Part shown: one piece after another, positions 63,816 to 64,000 of the stretch
Position numbering within the stretch: position 1 is the stretch's first letter
Layout of the letters: every line of letters begins with the position of its first letter
Source of the DNA: an uncultured Thermoanaerobaculia bacterium
Lineage (GTDB): Bacteria; Acidobacteriota; Thermoanaerobaculia; Thermoanaerobaculales; Sulfomarinibacteraceae
NCBI GenBank assembly: GCA_964440565.1
Contig: CAYTTB010000003.1
Coordinates: forward strand, 70,353-134,352
DNA: 64,000 nucleotides
Direction of reading: 5' to 3'
Notes under the pieces: model-generated
The model's database searches: none
Told to the model about the DNA's origin: nothing
Seen by the model: only the letters and a program-made list of their open reading frames with translations
Made by a program: the position numbers and the translations under genes

Positions 63816-64000
63816 CGGCCCTCCTTCTCGAGCGCGGGCCGCCGGGGGAGCCGCGGCTCGCGCAGGTGGTACACGAGGTCGGCGACGAGGACCCCCGGAA
63901 GCCGCTGCATCGCGCGGAGGCCCTCCATCTGTGCGCGCGTGTCGGCGGCCTCCTGCGTCACCATGAGACGCCCGGTGGGCGGGTCCACGGCGTGGACCGT
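63785..64000 (-). CDS. napD: NapD chaperone (5' end outside the window)
   Basis: [36 protein letters not shown] is colinear with the E. coli NapD segment GQLIVVVEAED...GVLAVSLVYH. The frame stays open to the window edge. It overlaps the napA start. Confidence 0.7.
   Translation of the reverse strand, partial: TVHAVDPPTGRLMVTQEAADTRAQMEGLRAMQRLPGVLVADLVYHLREPRLPRRPALEKEGRCETDCHGAR

Overview
This is a very GC-rich chromosomal segment. By eye, third codon positions are almost all G/C; no exact value was computed. It comes from a diderm, respiratory bacterium: outer-membrane proteins end in Phe, and Tat and lipoprotein signals are present. I support about 56 genes. I found no rRNA, tRNA, CRISPR array, transposase or integrase. 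Many long ORFs in the six-frame track are R/P/G/A-rich shadow frames of real genes and were discarded.

Gene content, left to right:
1. A sigma-54-driven rsbRD_N-dsrMKJOP operon, followed by a CoA-disulfide-reductase/rhodanese fusion, hemA and an extended cysG (siroheme synthesis).
2. A PhnD-like binding protein, a HAMP histidine kinase and an NtrC-type sigma-54 activator. Downstream are a candidate sigma-54-dependent small RNA and sigma-54-dependent genes for secreted proteins and a porin.
3. A STAS protein, a GH13 sugar phosphorylase and a TauE exporter.
4. A tightly packed six-gene minus-strand operon: secreted protein, Hanks kinase/TPR, polytopic membrane protein, OMP, crcB, DUF190.
5. A translationally coupled molybdenum-cofactor and molybdate-uptake cluster (moeA | moaA moaC MOSC-mog modABC-like mobBA) with a candidate Moco riboswitch, plus an OMP and a secreted protein.
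6. HIT, a UbiA-type prenyltransferase, hemY, an orphan sigma-54 activator, a peptide-type ABC importer without ATPases, glk, REC-HD-GYP, a sulfatase-like/TPR protein and elbB.
7. A CpxRA/CpxP-like envelope stress module.
8. The most unusual locus: rrf2, a NarI/DsrM-like cytochrome b, a DsrK/HdrD-like CCG protein fused in frame to a complete receiver domain, and a soluble Cys-rich PAS kinase. It sits beside napDAB, which lacks napC/napGH.

All calls come from reading the translations and the DNA by eye. Start codons are best guesses from RBS position, stop/start overlaps and family N-termini. No database search or RNA folding was run.
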